Shown piece by piece: positions 19,054 through 29,608 of a DNA stretch of 64,000 bases. This stretch comes from Patescibacteria group bacterium. Lineage in GTDB: Bacteria > Patescibacteriota > Patescibacteriia > PEXW01. The stretch lies in the NCBI GenBank assembly GCA_038065235.1, contig JBBTRK010000005.1, forward strand, positions 22,389 through 86,388, in the 5' to 3' direction. The notes under the pieces are model-generated. The model saw only the letters and a program-made list of their open reading frames with translations, was not told the DNA's origin and did no database searches. The position numbers were made by a program, and so were the translations under genes. Position 1 is the stretch's first letter, and each line of letters opens with the position of its first letter.

Positions 19054-20149
19054 ATGCCTAGTTTGGCTGACCAAATCCGCGGCCTCCAGTTGAAGCTTGC
19101 TTCAACTTGGAGGTTACTTTGACCTCGACCAGCGCAGACAGAAGCTCGGCGAACTTGACGACCAAATGGCGCAAGTCGATTTTTGGGATGACCAGGAACA
19201 CGCCCGCAGTGTAAGCCAGCAAGCCGAAGCCTTACGTAAAGAAGTGGGGGAGTGGCAGCAGCTCAAGGCGAATCTTGATGACCTTGGACACCTTGCCGAG
19301 GATACTAGTGGAGACGCTAAGCTTACGAAGGAAATTACCGAGCAGTTCAGCCAATTGCAAAAGCAGTTTGACGGTTTGGAGTTTCAAGTGTTGCTCGCTG
19401 GCGCCTACGACGATAAGGATGCCATCTTCGCCGTGCACGCCGGCACGGGCGGCACCGACGCGCAGGATTGGGCCGAGATGCTGCTGCGCATGCTGTTGCG
19501 ATTTTGCGAACGGAAGAAGTGGAGCGCGCAAGTTGTAGATGAATCGAAAGGCCAAGAAGCGGGTATTAAGAGTGCCACGGTCATTGTCCGTGGCCGCTGG
19601 GCATATGGTTATTTGAAAGCGGAAGCCGGTGTGCATCGCTTGGTTCGTATCTCGCCATTCGACGCCGAGAAGATGCGGCACACGTCATTCGCGCTCGTGG
19701 AAGTGCTGCCCGAGTTTGCCGATGTGGCGGAGCAACCAATTGATGAGAAAGATTTGCGCATCGATACGTACCTTTCATCCGGCCACGGCGGGCAGAGTGT
19801 TCAGACAACGTACTCGGCTGTCCGCATCGTGCACATTCCTACAGGTATAACCGTCGCGTGCCAGAACGAACGGTCGCAGAAGCAGAACAAGGAGACGGCA
19901 ATGAAAATCTTGCGCGCCAAACTGCACCAAATCGACATTGCCAAGCAGCAGGATGAGAAGCAAGCCTTACGCGGGGCGTACAGCGAGGCAGCCTGGGGTA
20001 ATCAGATCCGCAGCTACGTGCTGCAGCCATACCAGCTGGTGAAAGATCACCGGACCAAAGTGGAGACCACGGATCCTGACGCTGTGCTCAACGGCAACCT
20101 TGAACCATTCATTGAAGGCTATTTGCGGTGGCACAGAGGGAAAAAATAA
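19054..20149 (+). CDS. prfB: Peptide chain release factor 2 with a programmed +1 frameshift. Coding is join(19054..19119, 19121..20149).
   Basis: SPF and GGQ motifs. Frame 1 reads MPSLADQIRGLQLKLASTWRLL and ends at CTT TGA C (19117-19123), which is preceded by GGAGG. The main frame continues DLDQRRQKL. Confidence 0.88.
19111..19123 (+). promoter_or_regulatory. RF2 autoregulatory frameshift site (internal SD GGAGG plus CUU UGA C).
   Basis: ttGGAGGttaCTTTGAC, the textbook prfB shift motif. Confidence 0.85.
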
Positions 20150-20157
20150 AGGAGCAG

Positions 20158-20817
20158 TCAGCGTGACTGCTCCATGACGTCTTTGCTACCGAAGGTCTGT
20201 TGGATTTGCGCACTGAAGTAATCTACATGTTCCACCACCTGCCCTGCTTTTTCGAATATGATGATTTTGCGTTGGTCTTCCTCGCTCACCGTATGGCCAA
20301 GGTAATGCTGGAGGGTATCGAGGCTCCACTGGTTCGTGCTGCCAGGCACCGCAAGTGCGTCGGCCCAGATAAGAATTTTTCGTGGGACGGTGCGTAAACC
20401 CTGCACCTCCTGGAGCTCTTGGCCGAGTGCGTACAAGGTGTTGAGGAGCAGACCGACGCTGCGTCGATTGAGTGCCAGGAAGACCAGCACGGGTGTGGCT
20501 TCCAAGTGGTGCAGACGTTCGAGCGGGTCGGTGTACTGCAGCGTGTAGTATCCATTCGATTGGTTTCGATTGCGTACCACATCTGGGTGTGGCGGACCAA
20601 GCGAGTGCGTGTCCACGCGTTTGACAAGGCATCGGTCGGCACCACGACGGACCGCTTCGGCCGTACCCGTGGGTGAGGCCGTGACCATGAGCTGGTGGAA
20701 AGGTTTGCCCCGCCTGGAGTCACTCGACACTTTCGTGCAGAGTTGTACGGCCAGCTCTTCCGCCAAGCGGTCTGACTGCTCGTTGGGATGGGTGTCACCG
20801 AGAATGCAAATGAGCAT
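20158..20817 (-). CDS. Hypothetical protein (Rossmann-like?).
   Basis: GGAGG RBS followed by ATG at 20817. No recognisable family from sequence alone. Confidence 0.4.
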   Translation of the reverse strand: MLICILGDTHPNEQSDRLAEELAVQLCTKVSSDSRRGKPFHQLMVTASPTGTAEAVRRGADRCLVKRVDTHSLGPPHPDVVRNRNQSNGYYTLQYTDPLERLHHLEATPVLVFLALNRRSVGLLLNTLYALGQELQEVQGLRTVPRKILIWADALAVPGSTNQWSLDTLQHYLGHTVSEEDQRKIIIFEKAGQVVEHVDYFSAQIQQTFGSKDVMEQSR

Positions 20818-20922
20818 GTTTCCTCCTTCACTAGAATTTTTCTTTGTCCTGACCCTAGCAATGCCCCGGGCTTTTGACAAGCAGAGGTGTCTGTGGGTAT
20901 CCTATGACTGACAAGCGGACGG

Positions 20923-22056
20923 ATGTCACCCATGACCCCGTCGCGTTGGCTTTTCATAACTACCCTTGCTGCAAGTACTGGCATTACCCTGGTGACGCCA
21001 GGTGTTGGTTCGTTGGGGAAAAGTATTTTCCTTGCAGTACTCCTAGCGATTTTACTCATATGGCGCGTAGGCGTGCGAGGTTTTGCGCTTGCCGTTCTCC
21101 TCGTCACGAGTATGGCTATTCGTAGCCTTGGTGCTGTTCCCATCTCAATCCCACAACCGACTTGGCTAGTGAGTGCTCGGGACACGTTCGTGCAGGCACT
21201 CACCCGCGCAATCCCAGACCGTGAAGCTCAGCTCGGCGCCGGCATGCTGCTGGGCGTGACTGATGGTATCGACAAGCAAACCATCAAAAACTTCCGCACC
21301 GATGGCGTCACGCACGTGGTGGCAGTTTCCGGCTCAAACCTCTCGCTCATCCTCACGGCGCTTTCCATGTTCGGCATCACCATGCTCTCACGGCGCTGGC
21401 GCGTCGTCATCACCGTGAGCGTCGCATTTGGTTTCACCATTTTCACGGGCGGGGAACCTTCGATGATTCGCGCTGCGGTCATGGCGTTTCTTGCTGTACT
21501 CGTTATGGCTCAAGGTCGCAAGGCGGCTGGGACAAATACCCTCTGCGCGGCCGCGCTGCTCATGATTATCTGGGATCCCACATTGCTGTGGGAGAGTGTT
21601 GGCTTTCAGCTCTCGGCTGGTGCGACGTTCGGGCTCGTGGCGTTCAGCGAACCCATTGCTGATTTTCTACGTCGTCTACGTATCCCCGGTGCGTTGCTGC
21701 TTGGTGCGACCCTCGGGGCAACGCTCACGACCATGCCGCTTATACTCCTCACCTTTCAGCAGGTCTCGCTGGTTGGGCCGCTCGCAAATCTTCTCGTGGT
21801 GCCGCTCGTACCTTTCATCATGGTGAGTGTTGCTATCACCGGCCTAGCAGGATTACTCGTGCCGTTCCTTGGTCAAGTTGCTGGTATAGCTGCCTGGGTT
21901 TTGCTCCGAATTGTTGAGTGGCTCACCATGACGGCCGCACGTTTACCAGCGGCAAGTCTCACGCTGGCACGACGGGATGCTATACTCCTGACCTTGCTCA
22001 CAACATTTTTTTTGATTCTGTACGGCCGTCGCCATGCCCGCCAGCTCTTCGACTAA
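20923..22056 (+). CDS. comEC: ComEC/Rec2 competence channel, N-terminal part (DUF4131 plus competence domain).
   Basis: Multi-TM with the HVVAVSGSNLSLIL motif. Confidence 0.8.
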   Translation: MSPMTPSRWLFITTLAASTGITLVTPGVGSLGKSIFLAVLLAILLIWRVGVRGFALAVLLVTSMAIRSLGAVPISIPQPTWLVSARDTFVQALTRAIPDREAQLGAGMLLGVTDGIDKQTIKNFRTDGVTHVVAVSGSNLSLILTALSMFGITMLSRRWRVVITVSVAFGFTIFTGGEPSMIRAAVMAFLAVLVMAQGRKAAGTNTLCAAALLMIIWDPTLLWESVGFQLSAGATFGLVAFSEPIADFLRRLRIPGALLLGATLGATLTTMPLILLTFQQVSLVGPLANLLVVPLVPFIMVSVAITGLAGLLVPFLGQVAGIAAWVLLRIVEWLTMTAARLPAASLTLARRDAILLTLLTTFFLILYGRRHARQLFD

Positions 22057-22894
22057 ACGCATTGTCCTGCTCGCGTGTGGAGTATTTCTTCTCATTGGGA
22101 GTATTGGCTTTTGGTCGTCACGTGAACCCGAGGTGCTGCGCGTGTGGTTTGCCGATGTGGGGCAAGGTGATGGTACGATCATCCGCACACCGAGCCACGA
22201 GACGATTGTCGTTGATGGCGGGAAGCAAAATGATTTTCTCCAAGAAGTTGATGACCACGTACCCATCACCGATCGGACGGTAGATCTGGTCGTGGTTACG
22301 CACGCCGATGCCGACCACGTGACTGGGCTTACCAACCTTATTGCGAGCGGGCGGGTGCAGGCAGTGCTAATGAACCGCGATTCCACGGTGACGACGAAAA
22401 CGTACGCGCGGCTCCTTGCGGCAATCGAAAGTCAGCACGTGCCAGTTATCGAAGCGTATGCCGGGCAAGAGTATACCTACGGAGCAGTTCACCTGAAGGT
22501 GCTCTGGCCAACAGTGGGAGGATTAGCAAAGGCTAAAACGACCAACGAACGTTCTGTTGTGGTGAAAGTCACTTACGGGAATGAAGATATTCTCCTCACG
22601 GGTGATGCGCCGGACACCGTTGAGAAGCAATTGCTCCAGCAGGGGAGTGACGTCGCTGCAGAAGTATTGAAAGTCGGCCACCACGGGAGCGGTCATTCGA
22701 CAACATTGAATTTATTACAAGCAGTGCACCCAGAGATTGCCACTATTTCGGTCGGGGCGAAGAATACGTACGGCCACCCGGCTACGCGGGTGTTGAATGA
22801 CCTGGAAAAATTAGGTCTCGAGGTACTTCGAACAGACGTGCTCGGCGACATTTTGGTGGAGTGTTCATTAGTTATTTGTAAGGTGTATAAATAA
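22034..22894 (+). CDS. comEC: ComEC C-terminal metallo-beta-lactamase domain, encoded as a separate, overlapping ORF.
   Basis: TM helix, then VWFADVGQGDG, VVTHADADHVTGL and KVGHHGSGHS. Overlaps the previous ORF by 23 nt in the +1 frame. Confidence 0.8.
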   Translation: MPASSSTKRIVLLACGVFLLIGSIGFWSSREPEVLRVWFADVGQGDGTIIRTPSHETIVVDGGKQNDFLQEVDDHVPITDRTVDLVVVTHADADHVTGLTNLIASGRVQAVLMNRDSTVTTKTYARLLAAIESQHVPVIEAYAGQEYTYGAVHLKVLWPTVGGLAKAKTTNERSVVVKVTYGNEDILLTGDAPDTVEKQLLQQGSDVAAEVLKVGHHGSGHSTTLNLLQAVHPEIATISVGAKNTYGHPATRVLNDLEKLGLEVLRTDVLGDILVECSLVICKVYK

Positions 22895-22895
22895 A

Positions 22896-22925
22896 AAGCT
22901 CCACATCATTTGTGGAGCTTACAGG
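22896..22925. terminator. Bidirectional hairpin terminator between convergent genes.
   Basis: aagctccaca tcat ttgtggagctt is a perfect 10-bp stem flanked by A/T. Confidence 0.6.
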
Positions 22926-22938
22926 AAAATAATGAGCG

Positions 22939-23961
22939 TCAAGCAACTTTTTCGGTCGATGTTGGCGGGGGAGACCCTGGGACGGTAATGTTAACAATGG
23001 GCGACATGACGCCTCGGAGTTGCTCGAAAAATTGACTTGCAAACAACCCATGGTCTGCTGCCTTCCCTTGGTTGGAGAGGCCGACTTCCATTGCGTAGGC
23101 GAGCATCCACTGCTCGTGCGTTGGCTTCGTGCTAGTTGCTTCGAACATGAGGTTCACTTTCGTCACTATCGCTGACATGTCGATAGCGACACGCTGCTTG
23201 TGGAGCGTCGCAGCAGAGAGTGCCTGCAATTCCTGGATGATGACCGGGTCTGGATCGATGTCACCAATTGGGACGGCAGTTGCTTCTATGCCCCAGACCG
23301 CTATGTTCTTGTTGATCTCTTCCAGAATGCGCTGGTCGATCTCCCGTCGAACGCGTCCGCGCTCTTCGGGTGATACCAGTTCACCATTCATCTTCACGTT
23401 CAGGTGAACAATTTTCTGGTATGGGTAATCGCCAATGACCTGACGTAGGTACCGCAGCACAGCATCAACGATACGCTTGTCGACTTCTGCCCTGGCGATA
23501 CTCGTGTAGGCCAAGAGCAAGTTGCCACGCTTCCAGCCTATGAAGCGGAAGATTTTCCACCAACCATCCGGCCAGCCTGATTCGTGTTTGATGATGTGGA
23601 ATTGCACGGAGACGTTGCTCACATGGACGAAAACCGCGCCTTCGCCGTTTCCGTCAGGTACCAAAATAGTTTCGACTGTTTGGTGCGGCGCCTCATGCGT
23701 TGGGGCGCTGTCATCGGGCTGCGTGTAATCGCGTTTCTTGACGAGTACTTCAATCCGACGCTCAATCGTTGACTCTTCGATGTAGGTGAACAACCACCTG
23801 GGTAGCCAGATGAGCCCTTCATCGAATCTGATGGGTAGCCGTTGGCCAAAGAGGACAGGTATCCACTGGGTATTGGTCGGTACGACCCGAATCCCAATGC
23901 CTACCAACCCTCCAATGAGGATGATTAGAATACTCAGGAACATGGTAACCTCCTTTGTCAC
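22939..23961 (-). CDS. SPFH/band-7 domain membrane protein.
   Basis: N-terminal TM, then VVPTNTQWIPVLFGQ...RFDEGLIWLPRW, resembling the SPFH core. Confidence 0.55.
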   Translation of the reverse strand: MTKEVTMFLSILIILIGGLVGIGIRVVPTNTQWIPVLFGQRLPIRFDEGLIWLPRWLFTYIEESTIERRIEVLVKKRDYTQPDDSAPTHEAPHQTVETILVPDGNGEGAVFVHVSNVSVQFHIIKHESGWPDGWWKIFRFIGWKRGNLLLAYTSIARAEVDKRIVDAVLRYLRQVIGDYPYQKIVHLNVKMNGELVSPEERGRVRREIDQRILEEINKNIAVWGIEATAVPIGDIDPDPVIIQELQALSAATLHKQRVAIDMSAIVTKVNLMFEATSTKPTHEQWMLAYAMEVGLSNQGKAADHGLFASQFFEQLRGVMSPIVNITVPGSPPPTSTEKVA

Positions 23962-24192
23962 CTAGTTATTGTTGTTAATGTGCAACGCCTGACCCTAGCA
24001 CGCCATGTTTCCCGCGTCAAGGCAAGTACGGCGGGATGTAGCGAATGTTGAGACCCCCAGACATTGACAAAAACCCCAGTGAATGCTATCCTGCGACGTT
24101 ATGACCATGGGCTCCTCCTGTGGTAATAGCTCCACCCCAAAAGTGGACGAACATTGAAAAATGAATAACAGCTATAACGAAAAGGAGCCAGC

Positions 24193-25158
24193 ATGACACA
24201 GAGAAAAGACAGAGAAAATGAGCCAAAACCTTCACGGTTTGGGCTTGGGAAAAAAGAATGGTTATTCGTGAACGGATTGCTCACGTTACGACTTTGGTTC
24301 AACATACCGAGAGGCGCAACAGAGCTTACCGGCACGATCTACGGCCAAACCATTACTTCAACTCCTACTGCCACAGGACTCACCATGGTTGATGTACCAG
24401 GTGTCGATCCTCAACTCTCACCCCGTCTCGATGTGACGTGCACAACAGGTACGGGCGAAGTGTTAACGCACACGCAGGATATTACAGCGGAGCAGCCCAC
24501 CAATTCTGAGCAGATGAACGTTCAGTGGCGTGATTTTCAAGTAGACAGACAGTTGTTTTTGGAAGTTGGTGCCCGCGTGCTCTCGCTTGCTGGCCGGGTC
24601 ATCCCGCCAGTACCCGTGCGTTTCATGCTGGGCAATGATAAGCGTGACCCAATTCCGACGGATGCGAAAGGTATTGCTCAAACGACCTTCGGGCCGCTTG
24701 AGTATAACCGGACGTACATACTCTTAGTAGCAACGCCATCTAGTGGCGAGCGGACGACGCCAATTACCATTAAGCCAGCGCGCGCAGTTAAATATGACAT
24801 TCGTGAACTGGTGGTTAAGACACGGAGACCACGACCGGTGATGTTTCAATTGCGAATCAATGTTTGGGACGACGTCAAAGGAATTCCACTCAGCGGATTG
24901 CACGTGAACGTACACGTCGGAGCAGTACATCAGTCAGCTATCACTGACGACAATGGCATTGCGGAAATCACGTGCCCTTTTGATGAGGGCAGTGACGTTA
25001 CGCACTACCGTATCATTGTCGAAGATGGCAAAGACAAGAAGAGCTACATTCGTAGACCGACTGCAGCTCGATCCACGGTTGCAACGCCTACAGATGCACC
25101 ACGGAGTTTCCGTGAAGCGTTTCGTGCGGCACGTAACCCACAACGTAGGAAGGAGTAA
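24193..25158 (+). CDS. Hypothetical protein (soluble). First gene of a three-gene operon.
   Basis: AAAGGAG RBS 6 nt upstream. No recognised domain. Confidence 0.5.
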   Translation: MTQRKDRENEPKPSRFGLGKKEWLFVNGLLTLRLWFNIPRGATELTGTIYGQTITSTPTATGLTMVDVPGVDPQLSPRLDVTCTTGTGEVLTHTQDITAEQPTNSEQMNVQWRDFQVDRQLFLEVGARVLSLAGRVIPPVPVRFMLGNDKRDPIPTDAKGIAQTTFGPLEYNRTYILLVATPSSGERTTPITIKPARAVKYDIRELVVKTRRPRPVMFQLRINVWDDVKGIPLSGLHVNVHVGAVHQSAITDDNGIAEITCPFDEGSDVTHYRIIVEDGKDKKSYIRRPTAARSTVATPTDAPRSFREAFRAARNPQRRKE

Positions 25159-25161
25159 ACA

Positions 25162-26091
25162 ATGTTTTTCTGGATTGATTTTAGTTCAGTATGGTCGTCG
25201 ATCCTAAGCATCTTTGGGATCGGTGTCCTAGCATGTGTCGCGTGGTGGGTTCTCTACATTGTGTGGAGAGCTATTACCGATAACCTGCATGGTGCTCAGC
25301 GCCAGTTCGTTGCACCAGGCGAAAGAAATGCCCTACAAGACACCCCCCAGGGTGTCCTTGGTCGCTTGATGATTTTTTTTGGTACCACCCTTGGTGGCAT
25401 GTGGTATTGGTGGCTGCAGACGAACAACCGACGTGCGCGGGTAATCCTGATCATGCTCACGTTGGGCACGCTTGCCTTTACCTTCATCTACCTACCGTAC
25501 GCGTATCGCCAAGCGCAGCCAAACGGTTTGCGCGATGCCGTACTGACGGAGACGTTTGGGCAACAGCCGTTGTCTGGTAAATCAATGGTTCGTTCCGCCT
25601 ATATCCCTAATCCGGATGAGTTTTATGGGACGGCAAAGCCACAGAAATCAGCATCGGTGAAAACACATCCCGTAACGAGCATCCTCTGGTTGTTTTTCTG
25701 GATGTTTGCATTTTTGCCGTTTGCCTGGACGTGTGCAATTCTCTATGCGGTTATTTCACTCCGTGAGGAAACGTGGAAAGGTGCGCAGAATATGGTTGGC
25801 AAAATTCGCGACTGGATTAGCAACCTGAGCGAGTCTGGGATTAGCGGTACACGCAGTGCGGGTGGTGCGCAAGGTGGCCTCACCTTCAGTGCGCCGGTAA
25901 TTATTACCAGCACTGGCGCGGCTGCTGTAGACGTTGAAAAATCAACAGCGAAAGTGCCTTGGGTCAAGATCATGTCATGGCTGAAGCGGAACAGCGGTGA
26001 AATCATCGCTGGACTCTTCGTCATTGATGAAGTATTGGAACTCGGCATGGCGCGCCGGGGCAAAAAAAACCAAAAAAGAGAGGTTGAATAA
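25162..26091 (+). CDS. Hypothetical integral membrane protein (~4 TM).
   Basis: GGAAGGAG RBS. Tightly coupled to the neighbouring genes. Confidence 0.5.
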   Translation: MFFWIDFSSVWSSILSIFGIGVLACVAWWVLYIVWRAITDNLHGAQRQFVAPGERNALQDTPQGVLGRLMIFFGTTLGGMWYWWLQTNNRRARVILIMLTLGTLAFTFIYLPYAYRQAQPNGLRDAVLTETFGQQPLSGKSMVRSAYIPNPDEFYGTAKPQKSASVKTHPVTSILWLFFWMFAFLPFAWTCAILYAVISLREETWKGAQNMVGKIRDWISNLSESGISGTRSAGGAQGGLTFSAPVIITSTGAAAVDVEKSTAKVPWVKIMSWLKRNSGEIIAGLFVIDEVLELGMARRGKKNQKREVE

Positions 26092-26092
26092 T

Positions 26093-27136
26093 ATGTGGGA
26101 AGCAATCAAAAAACTCCCGGGTACCGTGGTCATCCTCATTGCCACGCTGCTGGGAATCGTTGTGCTCTCAATCATGTTTCCGGAGCGTGCGCAGATCCTG
26201 GCCATCCTTGGCATTTGCGCCTTGGTTTCGGTCGGAGCATTCCGGGCAAAACCAGTTGCTGGATTTATCGTTACCAGTCTCATGATTGTTGCGTTCGTGT
26301 TCTGGGGGCCGAGCATTGTGCAGGAGTTCAATCGGGCGAATGATCCGAATGGTACATTTGCTAGTTTCTTCGCAAAAGCGAAGGAGCAAACGATCAACGC
26401 CAACCGTGACTATGCGTCAGGAGCAATTAGTCAGGCTTCAGCCCTCGCAGGAGTGATGGCTGTCGATGCGAAGTTGAGCGCCAATCTCGAGGTGAATATC
26501 ATGCGTACGGGGTCGACGATTGACAGTGCTCAGCTTACGTTGCGTCCAGAGCAGGTCGACAGCTTAGTATTGGCAGCATCAACTATAAAGGAGAACCAAT
26601 TGGTTCTCCAAAACATTCTCGCTGTTGCTGGTATTACCAATGTAGAGCCTACGAAGGCCGCAGACTCGCTAGATACTCTCGTCGTTGACGTCGCCAACGA
26701 AGACGGCGCAACGTACAAGATTCCGCGTGGGAAGACTGCGGAGGTCAGCATTGATTCGGCTTGGTATACCTGCAAGTTTACCAGGATCGAAAAGTATGAA
26801 AAATCTTGGTGCGATGGCGATGGCTACACCATTGCGCCGAAGAAATCTGTTAGTGGGGCGGCATTTTCTCAACGATTCCTAAATCCCAATGAATCGATGG
26901 GAGCCGTATTGGTTTTTGACCAGAACAACCCTAAAGGGTATAGGCTCGCCATGGGCCAGACCATCGTCGTGCCAGGTGGCACCGTAACCATCGCAGTTAA
27001 TGACTGGCGTGGCGGAGTATTCGGTGGAATCGGGCTAGAAGGCATGGCGCTTTCTAGTAAACAAATACAACGTGGAGGTTTCTACGACAATCAGGGCTAC
27101 CTCCGCGTGCGTATTGTTCTGAATTCGAAATATTGA
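26093..27136 (+). CDS. Hypothetical membrane-anchored protein with a beta-rich C-terminal domain.
   Basis: Start ATG at 26093 after AGAGAGG. Two TM helices. Confidence 0.5.
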   Translation: MWEAIKKLPGTVVILIATLLGIVVLSIMFPERAQILAILGICALVSVGAFRAKPVAGFIVTSLMIVAFVFWGPSIVQEFNRANDPNGTFASFFAKAKEQTINANRDYASGAISQASALAGVMAVDAKLSANLEVNIMRTGSTIDSAQLTLRPEQVDSLVLAASTIKENQLVLQNILAVAGITNVEPTKAADSLDTLVVDVANEDGATYKIPRGKTAEVSIDSAWYTCKFTRIEKYEKSWCDGDGYTIAPKKSVSGAAFSQRFLNPNESMGAVLVFDQNNPKGYRLAMGQTIVVPGGTVTIAVNDWRGGVFGGIGLEGMALSSKQIQRGGFYDNQGYLRVRIVLNSKY

Positions 27137-27240
27137 ACCTTTTTACCGGGCGGCACACACTTCTGTGGCCGCCCTTTCTTTTTGTCTGCGAATGTGCTAC
27201 AATACATTCAGAAATAAAATTCCCAATTAAACATTCATCT

Positions 27241-29604
27241 ATGCACACATCCTTTCGTTTGCGCGTGCACATTGTCACCGCCCTGGTTATCAGCGCGGCG
27301 TTTTTGTTTGCCCCGGCAGTACGGGCTGCATACGGCGATGTTTCCACTTTCCTCGGCAAGATTTACAGCGGTGATGGCGGTACCCGCACCGATGCCCTTC
27401 TCGACTTCCCCGAAGATCTGGAAATTGCCAGTGACGGCAGCTTCTACATTGCCGATACCTACAACAACGTTATTCGGAAAGTAACCACCGCTGGTGTGGT
27501 ATCGACCCTGGCCGGTACAGGGGAGTACGGGAACAAGGATGGTGCTGGCGCTAATGCAACGTTCGCTCTGCCGCGAGGCGTCGCCCTGGATGACGACGGG
27601 AATGTGTATGTAGCAGATTCGGCCAACAACCGCATTAGAAAAATTACCCCGCTCGGTGTCGTAAGTACTCTTGTGAAGACTGTCTTAAAATCTCCTCAGG
27701 GCGTGATCGTAAGTGGAACAACTCTCTATATTGCGGATACCGAAGGCAATGCGATTCGTAAAGTGAGCACGAGTGGTGGAGTTTTGAGCACGGTATCGAC
27801 GAACGTGAATAAACCGAAAAAGCTTGCCTTATCTGCTGACGGTGCTTCACTGTACGTCGCCGATAGCGGTTCATACCGCGTGCTCGAGGTGAGTATTGCC
27901 ACTGGCGCAGCGAGCGTCGTCGCTGGCTCGGGTGCGGCAGGGTACTGGGAAGGGACTGGGGCCGAAGCGCAGTTTCGTAATGTTTGGGGCGTTACCCGTG
28001 ACGGGAACACACTCTACATCAGTGACGGCAATGGCCTCACCGACTACATTCGCGCTATTGATATCCCGACGAAAGCGACGAGCTTATTCGCGACTGACTA
28101 CCGCATGCAGGATTTGAACCTGCCAGTTGGTCTGCGCGTGTATGGGGCGAACGTTTACGTTGCGAACTCAGGCATTGGCACTATTCATCGCTACAGCAAG
28201 GCAACCCCATCTGATGAGGGTGCATTTATTGGTTCTACTCGGTTCGGTAACGTGAATGGGACGAAAGCGAGTGTACTTCTTGGTCGTCCAGCATCTTTTG
28301 CTATCACCCATGATGGCACGACGATGTACGCGTCGGTGAACAACCACATTCGAAAAATTGTTCTTGCAACTGGTGAAACCTCAACGATAATTGGTGATAT
28401 GGTCGATGACTACGGTGAAGGGCCCGCTGACCAGGTGAGTCCACGGACTCGCTTCAGTACCATATCCTCAATAGTCTTAAGTCCAGATGAGACAGCACTC
28501 TACGTCGTCGACCGTTGGAACAATCGGGTACGAAAGGTGACACTCGGGTCAACGGCAGCATCCTCGATCGTCTCTGGTGCCGGGTTAATAAATTCTAACG
28601 GAAGTATGGATAATGGGTATCAAGATGGCGGACCGTGTGTTACAGAATCATTAGGGCAAAGTGGATGTGCGTACTTCCGTGGTCCACAGGGGATTGCTAT
28701 TTCCCCAGATGGTTCAACGTTGTACATAGCTGACTCTGGCAATAATCGAATTAGGACAGTGCGGGTGAGCGATGGGCAGACTGCGCTACTCGCAGGCTCG
28801 GGCGCAAGCAAGAGCACCGATGGCACCGGAGCACTAGCGAGCTTCAACCAACCTCGTCGTCTTGTAATTTCTAGTGATGGGCTTACTCTTTATGTTGCTG
28901 AACAGGGCGGGAATCGTATTCGGGCTATAGTAATTGCCAGTGGGAAGGTGACGACCCTCGCTGGCCACAACCTTGGCTACGCGGAAGGGAAAGGTGTAGA
29001 TGCTTCTTTCTCTCTCCCGGTTGGTTTAGCCATGGGTCCGAACAACCTCCTGTACGTTTCGAGTGCTGGCGCTGGCCGCATTATGGTTGTCGATACGCGC
29101 ACTGGCATTACGACGCTTGTCTCGGGCGCTGGGCAGACCGGCTACAAGGATGGCGTTCGGGCAATCGCGCGCTTCAATGGACTGGCGAGCCTCGCCGTTT
29201 CTCCTGACGGTAAGACGCTCTACGTTGCAGATAGCACGAACGACCTGATCCGGACCGTGGACATCGTCGGGGGGCCGAAGTTCAGCCAGCCCGCGCCGGT
29301 GTTCACGAAATTCCTCGTGAGCAAACTTAAGCAAACGACGAATGTGAAGGCTACGGCGTACCTCGACATTTTCGGCAAGAACTTCCGGAATGGCGTCTCG
29401 GTTACGCTCGGTTCAACGAAATTAAAGACTTTCATGAAGAAGACTACGAATGTCAACATGCTCATCCCGATTGGCAAGATGAAACCTGGGTACTACGATG
29501 TGAAGATCACCAACCGAGATACGCAGTCGGTCATAAAGAAAGCCGCCTTCGTCATCACCGATAGCAAAGGGAAGATCCCGAGGGTATACTTTCGGGTGAA
29601 ATAG
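27241..29604 (+). CDS. Secreted NHL-repeat beta-propeller protein with a C-terminal IPT/TIG-like domain.
   Basis: Signal peptide. Repeated YIADxxNNxIRK and ADSGNNRIR NHL motifs. Confidence 0.7.
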   Translation: MHTSFRLRVHIVTALVISAAFLFAPAVRAAYGDVSTFLGKIYSGDGGTRTDALLDFPEDLEIASDGSFYIADTYNNVIRKVTTAGVVSTLAGTGEYGNKDGAGANATFALPRGVALDDDGNVYVADSANNRIRKITPLGVVSTLVKTVLKSPQGVIVSGTTLYIADTEGNAIRKVSTSGGVLSTVSTNVNKPKKLALSADGASLYVADSGSYRVLEVSIATGAASVVAGSGAAGYWEGTGAEAQFRNVWGVTRDGNTLYISDGNGLTDYIRAIDIPTKATSLFATDYRMQDLNLPVGLRVYGANVYVANSGIGTIHRYSKATPSDEGAFIGSTRFGNVNGTKASVLLGRPASFAITHDGTTMYASVNNHIRKIVLATGETSTIIGDMVDDYGEGPADQVSPRTRFSTISSIVLSPDETALYVVDRWNNRVRKVTLGSTAASSIVSGAGLINSNGSMDNGYQDGGPCVTESLGQSGCAYFRGPQGIAISPDGSTLYIADSGNNRIRTVRVSDGQTALLAGSGASKSTDGTGALASFNQPRRLVISSDGLTLYVAEQGGNRIRAIVIASGKVTTLAGHNLGYAEGKGVDASFSLPVGLAMGPNNLLYVSSAGAGRIMVVDTRTGITTLVSGAGQTGYKDGVRAIARFNGLASLAVSPDGKTLYVADSTNDLIRTVDIVGGPKFSQPAPVFTKFLVSKLKQTTNVKATAYLDIFGKNFRNGVSVTLGSTKLKTFMKKTTNVNMLIPIGKMKPGYYDVKITNRDTQSVIKKAAFVITDSKGKIPRVYFRVK

Positions 29605-29608
29605 TAGA

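Noticed and set aside
20286-21203. 305-aa minus-strand ORF overlapping the 20158-20817 gene and the comEC 5' region.
   Set aside because: It overlaps two better-supported genes. Its composition is Arg/Ser/Thr/Pro-rich, typical of an off-frame GC-rich translation.
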